Positions 39,324-51,643 are shown, counted from the first letter of the whole stretch. The stretch is DNA of 63,961 nucleotides, filler included, from Lama guanicoe (GCA_013239625.1; 208 parts of 208 records of this genome joined end to end with filler, not necessarily neighbours in it); one strand, 5' to 3'. The notes: generated by a model not told the origin, from the letters alone. Translations and numbers: made by a program.

Positions 39324-39731
39324 NNNNNNNNNNNNNNNNNNNNNNNNNNNNNNNNNNNNNNNNNNNNTTAATTAATTAANNNNNNNNNNNNNNNNNNNNN
39401 NNNNNNNNNNNNNNNNNNNNNNNTTAATGCTACAAGGAAAACAACCTCCCACTGACCTCAGAAATCAGAGAAAACTGGGCTTGGCTGCCAAGGGACAGCC
39501 TCTAAGGGAAGGCAGATGATGCTTCTTCTCCATCTATTGCAGGGACACCTCGTCCTTATCTCGTACGCTGAGAATTCAAGGTATTTTCTGGTTATTAAGA
39601 ATAATTCCGAAGGAACTCGATCTGTGAGAAANNNNNNNNNNNNNNNNNNNNNNNNNNNNNNNNNNNNNNNNNNNNTTAATTAATTAANNNNNNNNNNNNN
39701 NNNNNNNNNNNNNNNNNNNNNNNNNNNNNNN

Positions 39732-40247
39732 GATAAAATTGGGTGATATGCTCAGAATGGAAGGCCATGGTCAGTTACTCAGTGTGAGACATAAACATGA
39801 CATCATCTGAGACAGCCCCCGCACAATTTCCAGATCCCTGTGTGTGAGGAAGCAATACCATTCAGAGCCTGGAGTAAAATTTTTCAAAGGGCATTTTCTG
39901 CAAACACTGTGCGTTCTGGTTTCTGGTCTGCTCCACTTANNNNNNNNNNNNNNNNNNNNNNNNNNNNNNNNNNNNNNNNNNNNTTAATTAATTAANNNNN
40001 NNNNNNNNNNNNNNNNNNNNNNNNNNNNNNNNNNNNNNNGATAAAATTGGGTGATATGCTCAGAATGGAAGGCCATGGTCAGTTACTCTGTGTGAGACAT
40101 AAACATGACATCATCTGAGACAGCCCCCGCCCAATTTCCAGATCCCTGTGTGTGAGGAAGCAATACCATTCAGAGCCTATAGTAAAATTTTTCAAAGTGC
40201 ATTTTCTGCAAACACTGTGCGTTCTGGTTTCTGGTCTGCTCCACTTA
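39732..40247. repeat. Near-identical contig pair 5 (39732..39939 vs 40040..40247)
   Basis: 5 substitutions; 49-bp identical flanks. Confidence 0.97.
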
Positions 40248-40347
40248 NNNNNNNNNNNNNNNNNNNNNNNNNNNNNNNNNNNNNNNNNNNNTTAATTAAT
40301 TAANNNNNNNNNNNNNNNNNNNNNNNNNNNNNNNNNNNNNNNNNNNN

Positions 40348-40487
40348 TCTTGCTTCTCCCTTACCTCTTTGGAGCAGTCGCTCAGATCTACCTGAAAGGC
40401 TGTCGTCTGGGCTTAAATCCTCAGTTCTGCCCACCAAACAAAACTTAATTCTCAGCTTTTAGGCTGTGCATCTTTTTTCAGTCGACG
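40348..40487 (+). mobile_element. ERV LTR 3' end
   Basis: aaaacttaattctcagcttttaggctgtgcatcttttttcagtcgac resembles an ERV1 LTR terminus. Confidence 0.55.
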
Positions 40488-41599
40488 TTGCAAAGACCAT
40501 GCAAAGGACAAGTTTTACAAGTTATTTATGAGAAAGATTCTCCGACTTACAATGANNNNNNNNNNNNNNNNNNNNNNNNNNNNNNNNNNNNNNNNNNNNT
40601 TAATTAATTAANNNNNNNNNNNNNNNNNNNNNNNNNNNNNNNNNNNNNNNNNNNNTCCCCACTGCCAGCTGGGACCCATCGTGGTTCTAAGGAGGATTCT
40701 TTCGTTTGCAAGGGACAGAAGCTACTGCACCTGGCCCAGACACAGCGACGTGCTCATTGTAAGGGTGTAGGCACCATATGGGGTTCTGGGGCAGGGCTTA
40801 AAGGACAATCAGGAGCTCTAGGAAAGCAAAAAGCTGTTCAGGTCTGAGACCAGCTTTTCTTTCNNNNNNNNNNNNNNNNNNNNNNNNNNNNNNNNNNNNN
40901 NNNNNNNTTAATTAATTAANNNNNNNNNNNNNNNNNNNNNNNNNNNNNNNNNNNNNNNNNNNNTGTTAAAATTATTGAAATTTCTGAACCCCAATTAAAT
41001 TATATACACTTACAGTTAAATGAATTTTACTTAGAAAGGTAATAGTTACTCAAATTTCATCTCTGCATAATTATCTCACTACATTTTGCTGTTGTCTGTG
41101 TTCTTGCGGTTATTTGTGTCTATTGTATCTCTGTGATGAAAATAAGAAGCAAAGGTGTGCAACTGTGAATTNNNNNNNNNNNNNNNNNNNNNNNNNNNNN
41201 NNNNNNNNNNNNNNNTTAATTAATTAANNNNNNNNNNNNNNNNNNNNNNNNNNNNNNNNNNNNNNNNNNNNGAGATGTGATTGCTCTCCCATCTGACATC
41301 TCCTCTCATTACCACTGTTACCACCTGTGTCCTTATGGCCACATCATCACAGTGACCTCAGTGTTCTCTGCCACATGTAACGCACTGTGCACCTACAGCC
41401 GTATGAACGTCATGGCTCCTGTTCGAATACCTCCAAGGGCAACTAAAAACTAGCTTAAAATAATGTTTTAGTTCTTAAANNNNNNNNNNNNNNNNNNNNN
41501 NNNNNNNNNNNNNNNNNNNNNNNTTAATTAATTAANNNNNNNNNNNNNNNNNNNNNNNNNNNNNNNNNNNNNNNNNNNNTCCAGTTCTCTTAGTTACTA

Positions 41600-41787
41600 T
41601 AATTTAGAAGCATCTCCAGCTCACCACTGAACTGCTCACCGCTTCCCCTGCTCTGCCTCTGGTCCGAGCCACCATCGATGGTCCCCCGGATCATGCATTG
41701 TCCTGGTTTCAGTCTCGACTCCTTCAATCTGTTTTCAAAAATGGCAGCCAGAATGATCCCTTTGAGACATCAATCAAACCATGCCCC
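41600..41787. mobile_element. LINE-2 fragment
   Basis: ctggtccgagccaccatc...ttcaatctgttttc...gcagccagaatgatccctttga is L2a-like. Confidence 0.65.
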
Positions 41788-42195
41788 NNNNNNNNNNNNN
41801 NNNNNNNNNNNNNNNNNNNNNNNNNNNNNNNTTAATTAATTAANNNNNNNNNNNNNNNNNNNNNNNNNNNNNNNNNNNNNNNNNNNNTATTTTATTTCTA
41901 ATAAATGTACCAAATAGGCTACATCAGGCCCTGTTACCTTGGAAACAAAGCCAAAGCCAAGGCCAGGGGCTAGAGAAAGGTGATGCCCACAGAAAAGGCA
42001 GGGCTCTGTCTCCCAGCCCCTCTGCTACCCTGGAAGGAACAACTCCCCATTAGGAAGTGCTTGGGAGTGAGTGGTAGGTTCAGAGCCCACAAAAGNNNNN
42101 NNNNNNNNNNNNNNNNNNNNNNNNNNNNNNNNNNNNNNNTTAATTAATTAANNNNNNNNNNNNNNNNNNNNNNNNNNNNNNNNNNNNNNNNNNNN

Positions 42196-42403
42196 TGAAA
42201 TTACAACTGATCATTTTTATAATCCTTTTACTGTGCTCCTGAATTCAGTTTCCTAATATTTTGATGAAGATTTTGCTTCTATATTCACAAGGGATATTGG
42301 CCTGAGGTTTTCTTTCCCCATAGTGTCTTTGGGTGGTTTTTGAATAAGGGTAATTTTTTCCTCATAAAATAAATTTCAATAAATTTCCTTCAATCTTTAG
42401 AAG
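42196..42403 (-). mobile_element. LINE-1 ORF2 fragment
   Basis: ctaatattttgatgaagattttgcttctatattcacaagggatattggcctg. Confidence 0.8.
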
Positions 42404-43119
42404 NNNNNNNNNNNNNNNNNNNNNNNNNNNNNNNNNNNNNNNNNNNNTTAATTAATTAANNNNNNNNNNNNNNNNNNNNNNNNNNNNNNNNNNNNNNNNN
42501 NNNTGTGCTCAGCACTGGAGATGAAGATGGATTTGGTCAGGAGAGAAAGACATGTACATGTGTGTTTCAACACAAAAATTACCAAGAAGATTTTCTTATA
42601 TTCCTATATCATAACTCAAATCACACAGATTTTTTAAGCACTGTAGGAGGAGATTATAAAGGAAAAAAAATGTATGCTAGCCAGCATAGCATTTTGGTAT
42701 CAGGCTAACAANNNNNNNNNNNNNNNNNNNNNNNNNNNNNNNNNNNNNNNNNNNNTTAATTAATTAANNNNNNNNNNNNNNNNNNNNNNNNNNNNNNNNN
42801 NNNNNNNNNNNCCAGCAGCTGCATTTTTAATAGTACAATTCTGAGTTTATATTAAAGTGAATAATTTGCTGGTTTAGGTCATATTTACTTTCTACTCTGA
42901 ATATGTTTTTGGTATGTCTTCATTGCTTCTAAAAATATATATGATTTAAGAATTTAAACTATGACTAAGTAGTAATTGTATTATTTCTATCCCATATCAG
43001 CAAGTGGTTGTTCTCTCTTNNNNNNNNNNNNNNNNNNNNNNNNNNNNNNNNNNNNNNNNNNNNTTAATTAATTAANNNNNNNNNNNNNNNNNNNNNNNNN
43101 NNNNNNNNNNNNNNNNNNN

Positions 43120-43327
43120 GCTCCCTAATACTTGTCTATAGAGCCTAAACCACACTTTACCCCGCACTCCGACCTAGAAGAGCCATCAGGGAAGGCAAGC
43201 TAAGGGATTCTATTAGAAATCAGGCGCTGCTCTCTGTTGGAGGAGCCTCCCAACACTCAGGATAACTGAACACGTATTCGTGCTCCCAGTTTTTGGAAGT
43301 TCCCCACACTCAGGATTCTGGAAGAAA
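43120..43327 (-). repeat. Diverged, internally rearranged member of the ~266-bp satellite family
   Basis: tcagggaaggcaagctaagggattctattagaaatcaggcgctgct...acactcaggat; the acactcaggat motif occurs twice. Confidence 0.65.
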
Positions 43328-44967
43328 NNNNNNNNNNNNNNNNNNNNNNNNNNNNNNNNNNNNNNNNNNNNTTAATTAATTAANNNNNNNNNNNNNNNNN
43401 NNNNNNNNNNNNNNNNNNNNNNNNNNNTTGATGTTAATGCAGCTACTCCAACTTTCCTTTGATTACTGTCAGAAGGTGTATCATTTTCTATACTTTTATT
43501 TTTGTTTGTGTTTTTTAAAGTGTTTAAAGTGCCTGATTTTCCTTTTTTTTAATTTAATCTGACAACCTCTGATTTTAGTTGGGAATGTTTAGAGTATCTG
43601 TACTGCTGCTGTGGTCAGGTTTAAGTCTCTCATCTNNNNNNNNNNNNNNNNNNNNNNNNNNNNNNNNNNNNNNNNNNNNTTAATTAATTAANNNNNNNNN
43701 NNNNNNNNNNNNNNNNNNNNNNNNNNNNNNNNNNNCAAGCCATACACACGATGTTTTAGGTACCTGAAGGGAGACGCCTTTCCATCTCCCCTCTGTATCT
43801 TGCATAGATGTTCACTAGCCTCAGTGACATGTTTCCCAAGGAGCTACCAACTCAGACACAGTGTGCCCCAGGCCTTGCCTCTGTAGCAGCCCCTCAGCTA
43901 TGTCTGCATGTCCATTGCCAGCCTCTGCTCACCAGTTCCCCAGNNNNNNNNNNNNNNNNNNNNNNNNNNNNNNNNNNNNNNNNNNNNTTAATTAATTAAN
44001 NNNNNNNNNNNNNNNNNNNNNNNNNNNNNNNNNNNNNNNNNNNCACTTTAGTCCAGCTGTAAGGTCCCTTTTAGAAGATATGGCCTTGCCCACACTAAGG
44101 ATAGTTTCCTCAGCTCATCTTGCTTTCCTAACACCGTTTGTCCCAGTTGACCTCTGCCTGCTTCTTCAACACATTTCTTCTCGCACGTCTTGGGATGGGA
44201 TGGTACGCTCTCCTGGACTTCTCCATCTCTCTCCAGTGCTGATCTAAGCCTNNNNNNNNNNNNNNNNNNNNNNNNNNNNNNNNNNNNNNNNNNNNTTAAT
44301 TAATTAANNNNNNNNNNNNNNNNNNNNNNNNNNNNNNNNNNNNNNNNNNNNTGTTCAATTTGGGACTTAGGCCAACTTCTTCCAGGTCGCCTTCTCTGAT
44401 GTCTCAAGTGTGGGTTAGGTGTCTGACGTTGGTATCGTACTATAATCCACAATCTCCCCATCAGAGCACTGACAGCATGACATACATGGAACTTCTATTT
44501 ACTTGCTTACTTCTCCCCACAGATTACACATTCTGCATGGACAGAGACTACATCTCTCTNNNNNNNNNNNNNNNNNNNNNNNNNNNNNNNNNNNNNNNNN
44601 NNNTTAATTAATTAANNNNNNNNNNNNNNNNNNNNNNNNNNNNNNNNNNNNNNNNNNNNTCCTTCCAGACTCTGCAGTAAGAGACTTGAGCAGACTGCCA
44701 CAGAGACAAGCAGCTGTAGGCGTGTCCCCAGGGTGACGCCAGATCCCCTTGGAAAGCTCCGCGCTCCCAGGAGAGTTTACTATTTGTTCCAGCCAAAACC
44801 TGGTGACAGGCAGAGAGGGCCCTGAACCCCCGCTGAGAGCAGTTACTCTAGAAACCTTGCCATTCTCNNNNNNNNNNNNNNNNNNNNNNNNNNNNNNNNN
44901 NNNNNNNNNNNTTAATTAATTAANNNNNNNNNNNNNNNNNNNNNNNNNNNNNNNNNNNNNNNNNNNN

Positions 44968-45175
44968 TCATCTCAATAGATGCAGAAAAAGCATTTGATA
45001 AAATTCAACACCCATCAATGATAAAAACTCACAGCAAGGTGGGTATAGGGGAACATATATGAACATTGTAAAAGCTATGTATCACAAACCAACAGCCAGC
45101 ATAATACTCAACAGTAAAGACCTCAGAAGCTTCCCACTAAAGTCTGGGACAAGACAAGGTGGCCCACTGTCACCA
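44968..45175 (+). mobile_element. LINE-1 ORF2 reverse-transcriptase fragment (frameshifted)
   Basis: Translates to [15 protein letters not shown]... and ...[10 protein letters not shown], the conserved L1 RT motifs. Confidence 0.95.
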
Positions 45176-46507
45176 NNNNNNNNNNNNNNNNNNNNNNNNN
45201 NNNNNNNNNNNNNNNNNNNTTAATTAATTAANNNNNNNNNNNNNNNNNNNNNNNNNNNNNNNNNNNNNNNNNNNNACCATACATTTTCACATATTTTTTA
45301 ATTCTGTCATTATTTTTTAAACCACACTTGATTAAACTGTTTGTTAAACAACTGATTGATCCCTTTAAATATCTAGACTTGTTAGATGTGAGCCTCCATT
45401 TATATTCTTGCCCCAAGCCCAGCAAATGTTGGGCGCAGGCCTCTTCCTGGAGCCTGGTGACCAGAATGATTATGTAAAGACACNNNNNNNNNNNNNNNNN
45501 NNNNNNNNNNNNNNNNNNNNNNNNNNNTTAATTAATTAANNNNNNNNNNNNNNNNNNNNNNNNNNNNNNNNNNNNNNNNNNNNGGAAACCAATGGAATTT
45601 TAGGGGTAGATTTCATTTTCCTAGAAGCAAATCGTTTTACGGAATCACAAAAGTGGGAAGACAAAGGCCCTGCCAGGAAGGTCTTGCTGGACCCTTTCTT
45701 CCCCTCTTTTAATGCTCTCTTCACTCCTGGACTGAGCATCAATTTTCATCAGCTGCTGTTACTCAGTATCTATATGGCTGGGATCTTAACANNNNNNNNN
45801 NNNNNNNNNNNNNNNNNNNNNNNNNNNNNNNNNNNTTAATTAATTAANNNNNNNNNNNNNNNNNNNNNNNNNNNNNNNNNNNNNNNNNNNNCTTGAAGGA
45901 AGTTATGCTAATGTGCATTTTTAATCACTCAGCCAAGGCTGTCGTCTGCAACATTTTCCAAATATTTATACCTACTAACTCCCATTTAATGAACACGTGG
46001 TAACATCTCACTGTTCACATTTTGGAATTCATGTCTCTAAATACGTATAGGAAATAAATTCGGTCCTCCACCCGAAATTAATTTAGTCTGGGTTTTCTTN
46101 NNNNNNNNNNNNNNNNNNNNNNNNNNNNNNNNNNNNNNNNNNNTTAATTAATTAANNNNNNNNNNNNNNNNNNNNNNNNNNNNNNNNNNNNNNNNNNNNA
46201 TAATTTCTGGACTTTGGCTTCGAAACATTTTTTGGTCAGAGAAATCCAGTGAATGAACGGAGAGTTGATTTGGCAAGAATGAGTGGTTAGGTGGCCATGG
46301 CAAGAGTTCAGAAAAGTTTTTTTTTTTAACAGCTTTATTGTGGTGTGATTCCTGTACAGTAAACTACATATATTTCAGATGTACAATTTGATAAATTTTG
46401 ATAGATGNNNNNNNNNNNNNNNNNNNNNNNNNNNNNNNNNNNNNNNNNNNNTTAATTAATTAANNNNNNNNNNNNNNNNNNNNNNNNNNNNNNNNNNNNN
46501 NNNNNNN

Positions 46508-46715
46508 GGCAGAAGGAACAGCAAGTGCAAAGGCTCTGGTTTGGACACGTGTCTGGTGCATCCAAGGGACAGCAAGCAGGCCCATGCGGCTGGAATGCAG
46601 GGGTGAGGAGGGACAGTTTAAGGACTTAGGCTTTTGGTCTGAGAGAGAGGGGGAGCCAAGGAAGGGTTTTCAGTATAGGAGTGAGTGACATGGTCAGACT
46701 TAGGTTTTCCAAGGA
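46508..46715. mobile_element. LINE-2 fragment
   Basis: gaacagcaagtgcaaaggctctg...aaggacttaggctttt...gagtgacatggtcagacttaggtttt. Confidence 0.75.
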
Positions 46716-49700
46716 NNNNNNNNNNNNNNNNNNNNNNNNNNNNNNNNNNNNNNNNNNNNTTAATTAATTAANNNNNNNNNNNNNNNNNNNNNNNNNNNNN
46801 NNNNNNNNNNNNNNNAGTTCGTGATACAACACATCCTCTAAGTGATCCCCCGCGGGTGAAGTTCGTGGACGCCCTGACCCTGACCCTTCCCTGTTTCTCC
46901 TGCTGCGCATCCAGAGGTACTGGTCACTCGTAGTCTTCAGGGAAGTTAGGAAACGGGCATCTTCCCCTTCACCATTTTCCTTCTGGAGTAACTTGCTTCT
47001 TTCTGAATGGCACCATCAGGCAGNNNNNNNNNNNNNNNNNNNNNNNNNNNNNNNNNNNNNNNNNNNNTTAATTAATTAANNNNNNNNNNNNNNNNNNNNN
47101 NNNNNNNNNNNNNNNNNNNNNNNGTGAAAGCTCATGTGTACAGTGGAAATCCTGCTGCAACTGGAGGCATTTCCCTCTGAAATTCCTGAAGTGTTCATTG
47201 AAATAGCGTCTTTCAAGGTCTCTGGAGACGTTCCTTTTTCCAGTATCTTCACACAGGACACAAACAAAGCATGAACTTAGATTTCAATGAAAACTCAGGG
47301 TGATCTGCTTAAAGGTGTAACTTTTTTTTTTNNNNNNNNNNNNNNNNNNNNNNNNNNNNNNNNNNNNNNNNNNNNTTAATTAATTAANNNNNNNNNNNNN
47401 NNNNNNNNNNNNNNNNNNNNNNNNNNNNNNNTAAAAATTAATTAAATTGTTGCTAATTCACTGCCCATATTTCCACAACCAAGTTTTTCTGGTCGGGACA
47501 GGTGAATGGGTGCCCAGTGCACAGAGCACAGACCTAGGTTCTTAGTGCGACCTTGAACCAATCGGTCCCTCCAGTGTGCTTTCCAAGTGTAGAAGGAGCC
47601 CCTGCAGCCTCCCGGCCAGTGCCAACCTGCAGGCTGCTTNNNNNNNNNNNNNNNNNNNNNNNNNNNNNNNNNNNNNNNNNNNNTTAATTAATTAANNNNN
47701 NNNNNNNNNNNNNNNNNNNNNNNNNNNNNNNNNNNNNNNGCCCGGAGCACCTCCGACCGGCCCTCAGGCCATGGCCTTCCTGCACAGGTGGACCTGCCTG
47801 GGGAGTGCTGGCTGCCCTGGACCCTCCGGGGCACAGGCGACCTGGGGCAGAATAACGGGTGAGGCCTGGGCCTTTGGGAGCTGGTCGCCCTGCCCCTGAG
47901 ATCAAAAGCTTTAGGCAAGTCTAGTTTTAGTCTTTTGAGGAATCTGCNNNNNNNNNNNNNNNNNNNNNNNNNNNNNNNNNNNNNNNNNNNNTTAATTAAT
48001 TAANNNNNNNNNNNNNNNNNNNNNNNNNNNNNNNNNNNNNNNNNNNNTGCACCTGCGTGAACACCTGCAGCAAAGCACAGAGCCGCGTGCATCAGGATGG
48101 CCTTGGCCAAGACAAGCACACACCAGCGGGGAATGTGGTGAGAGGCCCTGGCACACAGACGGCACGCACGCACACTGACTCACCTCTCCCGCAAGCGCCC
48201 AGACATGAGATGGAAGCCCCCCGTAACTACCCAGGTCTGTGCACGCTCACCCTCCNNNNNNNNNNNNNNNNNNNNNNNNNNNNNNNNNNNNNNNNNNNNT
48301 TAATTAATTAANNNNNNNNNNNNNNNNNNNNNNNNNNNNNNNNNNNNNNNNNNNNGCACAAGTGTTCCCAGGTTAGGGATGTAGTTTAAACACCTCCACA
48401 AACCTTCGAGTGGTCATCGCAAATACTTGGTTTCGGAGCCCAAACCACATTTTCCCCTGCATTCCCGCCTAGGCTTTCCATCAGGGAACACAAGCAAAAG
48501 GACTCAATTAGACACCAGGCACGGCTGTCAGTTGGAGGAACTTCCCTGCACTCAGAATTCCAGNNNNNNNNNNNNNNNNNNNNNNNNNNNNNNNNNNNNN
48601 NNNNNNNTTAATTAATTAANNNNNNNNNNNNNNNNNNNNNNNNNNNNNNNNNNNNNNNNNNNNAGTATTTATTATCACAACCCTTTAACTAATGGCAACA
48701 GAAAATCTTGTTCTAACAAAATAGTTTCATGACAAGTATCCCCAAAACAGAAGAAAACATCTGACTCTCATGAAGGCGACATGTCGCACTCTGCACTTCT
48801 GAGGAATGAAATCGGTAAGAGGGACCTTGCTGGTGTAATGATGCGAAAAGTAACCAGTGCTTCTCAACAAGNNNNNNNNNNNNNNNNNNNNNNNNNNNNN
48901 NNNNNNNNNNNNNNNTTAATTAATTAANNNNNNNNNNNNNNNNNNNNNNNNNNNNNNNNNNNNNNNNNNNNTGAAGCCAATCTTGGAGATGTCATTTGCC
49001 ATTAGAGAGGCTGTTTGGCCTTGAACCTAAAGGCATGAGCTCAATAATGGAAACCTTGAAAGTGAGTGACTTTGAACAATTTAGTATTTGGGAAGAGCTC
49101 TTTTTCATAATAGCTATTCTTAAACAATCAGCATGGTTTCCTAAAGGGAAATCCAAGTGTGGACATATGAATAAGAGGTNNNNNNNNNNNNNNNNNNNNN
49201 NNNNNNNNNNNNNNNNNNNNNNNTTAATTAATTAANNNNNNNNNNNNNNNNNNNNNNNNNNNNNNNNNNNNNNNNNNNNGCATACTCCAAGCAATTTCAA
49301 AGTCTGTAAATAATAGAACAAAATTTTAGATGGGCACATATTCTAATGACTGGACAATTTTTATTTTCACTATTAAAACAAGGATGACAATGCTTTTCCA
49401 TTTCAGAAAAGATTCCAAGCAAACCAACAAGCTAAAGGGAACACCTTGAAGCATGATGCCAGGGGGACACTCTGTGGCTTTCTTTGCNNNNNNNNNNNNN
49501 NNNNNNNNNNNNNNNNNNNNNNNNNNNNNNNTTAATTAATTAANNNNNNNNNNNNNNNNNNNNNNNNNNNNNNNNNNNNNNNNNNNNTCTTTCTGTTTCC
49601 TTTTAGTTTGAGTGATTTATCATCTGTCTCTCCTTTTGTACTCCATTGTGCTTTCCACACTGTCTGTCCTCCATAGCACGACTAATTTTGCCTTTACTGC

Positions 49701-50511
49701 TCTTGCTAGCCTCTTTTTAATTCCCTTCTTGAATTCTGCCGGTTCATGTTTTACTTTCTAGTCTTTTGTCTAGCCATCACCTTTTGTTGTCTGGTNNNNN
49801 NNNNNNNNNNNNNNNNNNNNNNNNNNNNNNNNNNNNNNNTTAATTAATTAANNNNNNNNNNNNNNNNNNNNNNNNNNNNNNNNNNNNNNNNNNNNAAAAA
49901 AAAAAGTATTACGTTTTATCTGGCTAAATTTCCCCCAGAGAATACAACTCTGTCCTTATTCCATATTTATTTCAATTACTCCTTTTATCCTCAATGACAC
50001 ACACACACAAAAAATCTGCAATCTTTAGACCACCCAGGGAAGAAATTAGACCTGTTCTCTTGAGTCATGAAAGATTTCATGGACTTCAAGTGTAATCCAT
50101 GGTNNNNNNNNNNNNNNNNNNNNNNNNNNNNNNNNNNNNNNNNNNNNTTAATTAATTAANNNNNNNNNNNNNNNNNNNNNNNNNNNNNNNNNNNNNNNNN
50201 NNNGCCTGGGCTCAGGTCGCAGCTTCCTAATCTGAAAAACGAGGGGTTGGCCGGGGGAGCTCTGTGTCTCTGCAATTGTCCGTCGCTGTGCTGTTCCCCG
50301 AGGTGGGGTGCAGAGCCACGTGGGAGTGGGAGGCACAGAGCAGACGTGCTCCTGCTGGGGCGAGGGGACAGCTCATGGGAAAGTCTTCAGAATGGCTCAG
50401 GAGGGAGCTCTNNNNNNNNNNNNNNNNNNNNNNNNNNNNNNNNNNNNNNNNNNNNTTAATTAATTAANNNNNNNNNNNNNNNNNNNNNNNNNNNNNNNNN
50501 NNNNNNNNNNN

Positions 50512-50640
50512 CTTGCCTTTACCAGTTGCTAGCTTTGTGACTTTGAGGAAGAAAGTTTACACTTTTGTGCCCAATTTTCTTTATCTGTAAATAAGTTCAG
50601 CATTTATTTTAAGGTTTTTTAAAGAAATGAATGAGTTAAT
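50512..50640. mobile_element. MIR SINE core
   Basis: ctagctttgtgactttgaggaa...ttttctttatctgtaaa...aatgagttaat. Confidence 0.6.
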
Positions 50641-50819
50641 TCCCTCATTTATACCTAAAATAACTGATCACGTGGTTCTATACTGGTGCCTTGGTAGTTG
50701 ATTACTAAGGGAGTTGGCANNNNNNNNNNNNNNNNNNNNNNNNNNNNNNNNNNNNNNNNNNNNTTAATTAATTAANNNNNNNNNNNNNNNNNNNNNNNNN
50801 NNNNNNNNNNNNNNNNNNN

Positions 50820-51027
50820 ATGTAAAAGGATTAAAATCATGCCAAGTATGTTCCCTGACCACAACAGATTAAATCAGAAGTCAGTAACAGAAAGATATCT
50901 GGAAAATCCCCAACAGTTGGGATTTAATGACACACATAAATAACCCATAGGTCAAAGGAGAAGGGACAGAGGCTGTTAGAAAATATTTTGTCATAAAGGA
51001 AAATGAAAACCCAACAGATCAAAAATT
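50820..51027 (+). mobile_element. LINE-1 ORF2 endonuclease-end fragment
   Basis: aagtatgttccctgaccacaac (SDHN-like motif)...taacccataggtcaaagga. Confidence 0.8.
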
Positions 51028-51463
51028 NNNNNNNNNNNNNNNNNNNNNNNNNNNNNNNNNNNNNNNNNNNNTTAATTAATTAANNNNNNNNNNNNNNNNN
51101 NNNNNNNNNNNNNNNNNNNNNNNNNNNTCTTGAGAAAGATGAAAATGAATGGTTTAATTTTTATTCCAAATTCAAAAGGTGGGGATGAGGAAAGGAAGCC
51201 AGTGCATTATTTCTTTACAGCTCAGGCGGGATGGCGGCCTTGGGAGACAACAGCAGAGCAGGGGATAGAAACAGAGGTCTTTTACAGAAAAAGGTAATTC
51301 ATTACAACGCCTGTTGTTCTGACGCCGGTATTTGTNNNNNNNNNNNNNNNNNNNNNNNNNNNNNNNNNNNNNNNNNNNNTTAATTAATTAANNNNNNNNN
51401 NNNNNNNNNNNNNNNNNNNNNNNNNNNNNNNNNNNGTGCACATGCTGTTCCCTCAACTCTGAA

Positions 51464-51550
51464 TTTCTCAGCTGTGACACTCTTGACATTATGGGCTGGA
51501 TAATTCTCACTGAGATGGAGGTGCTGTCCTTGCATTATAAGAAGTTTAAT
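51464..51550. mobile_element. MER20 (hAT) DNA transposon fragment
   Basis: tttctcagc...cactcttgacattatgggctggataattct...gctgtccttgcattataagaagttta. Confidence 0.65.
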
Positions 51551-51643
51551 ACATCTACAAAACAGAAACAGACTCGCAGACATAGTAAACAATCGTATGG
51601 TTACTGGGGGAAGGAGGTGGCAAGGCATAAATTTGGGAGTCTG
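51551..51643 (+). mobile_element. LINE-1 3' UTR fragment abutting MER20
   Basis: atctacaaaacagaaacagactcgcagacatagtaaacaatcgtatggttactgggggaagg...ataaatttgggag. Confidence 0.85.

Noticed and set aside
46872..46888. CCCTGA repeats as telomere-variant sequence
   Set aside because: Fewer than three units; expected by chance.
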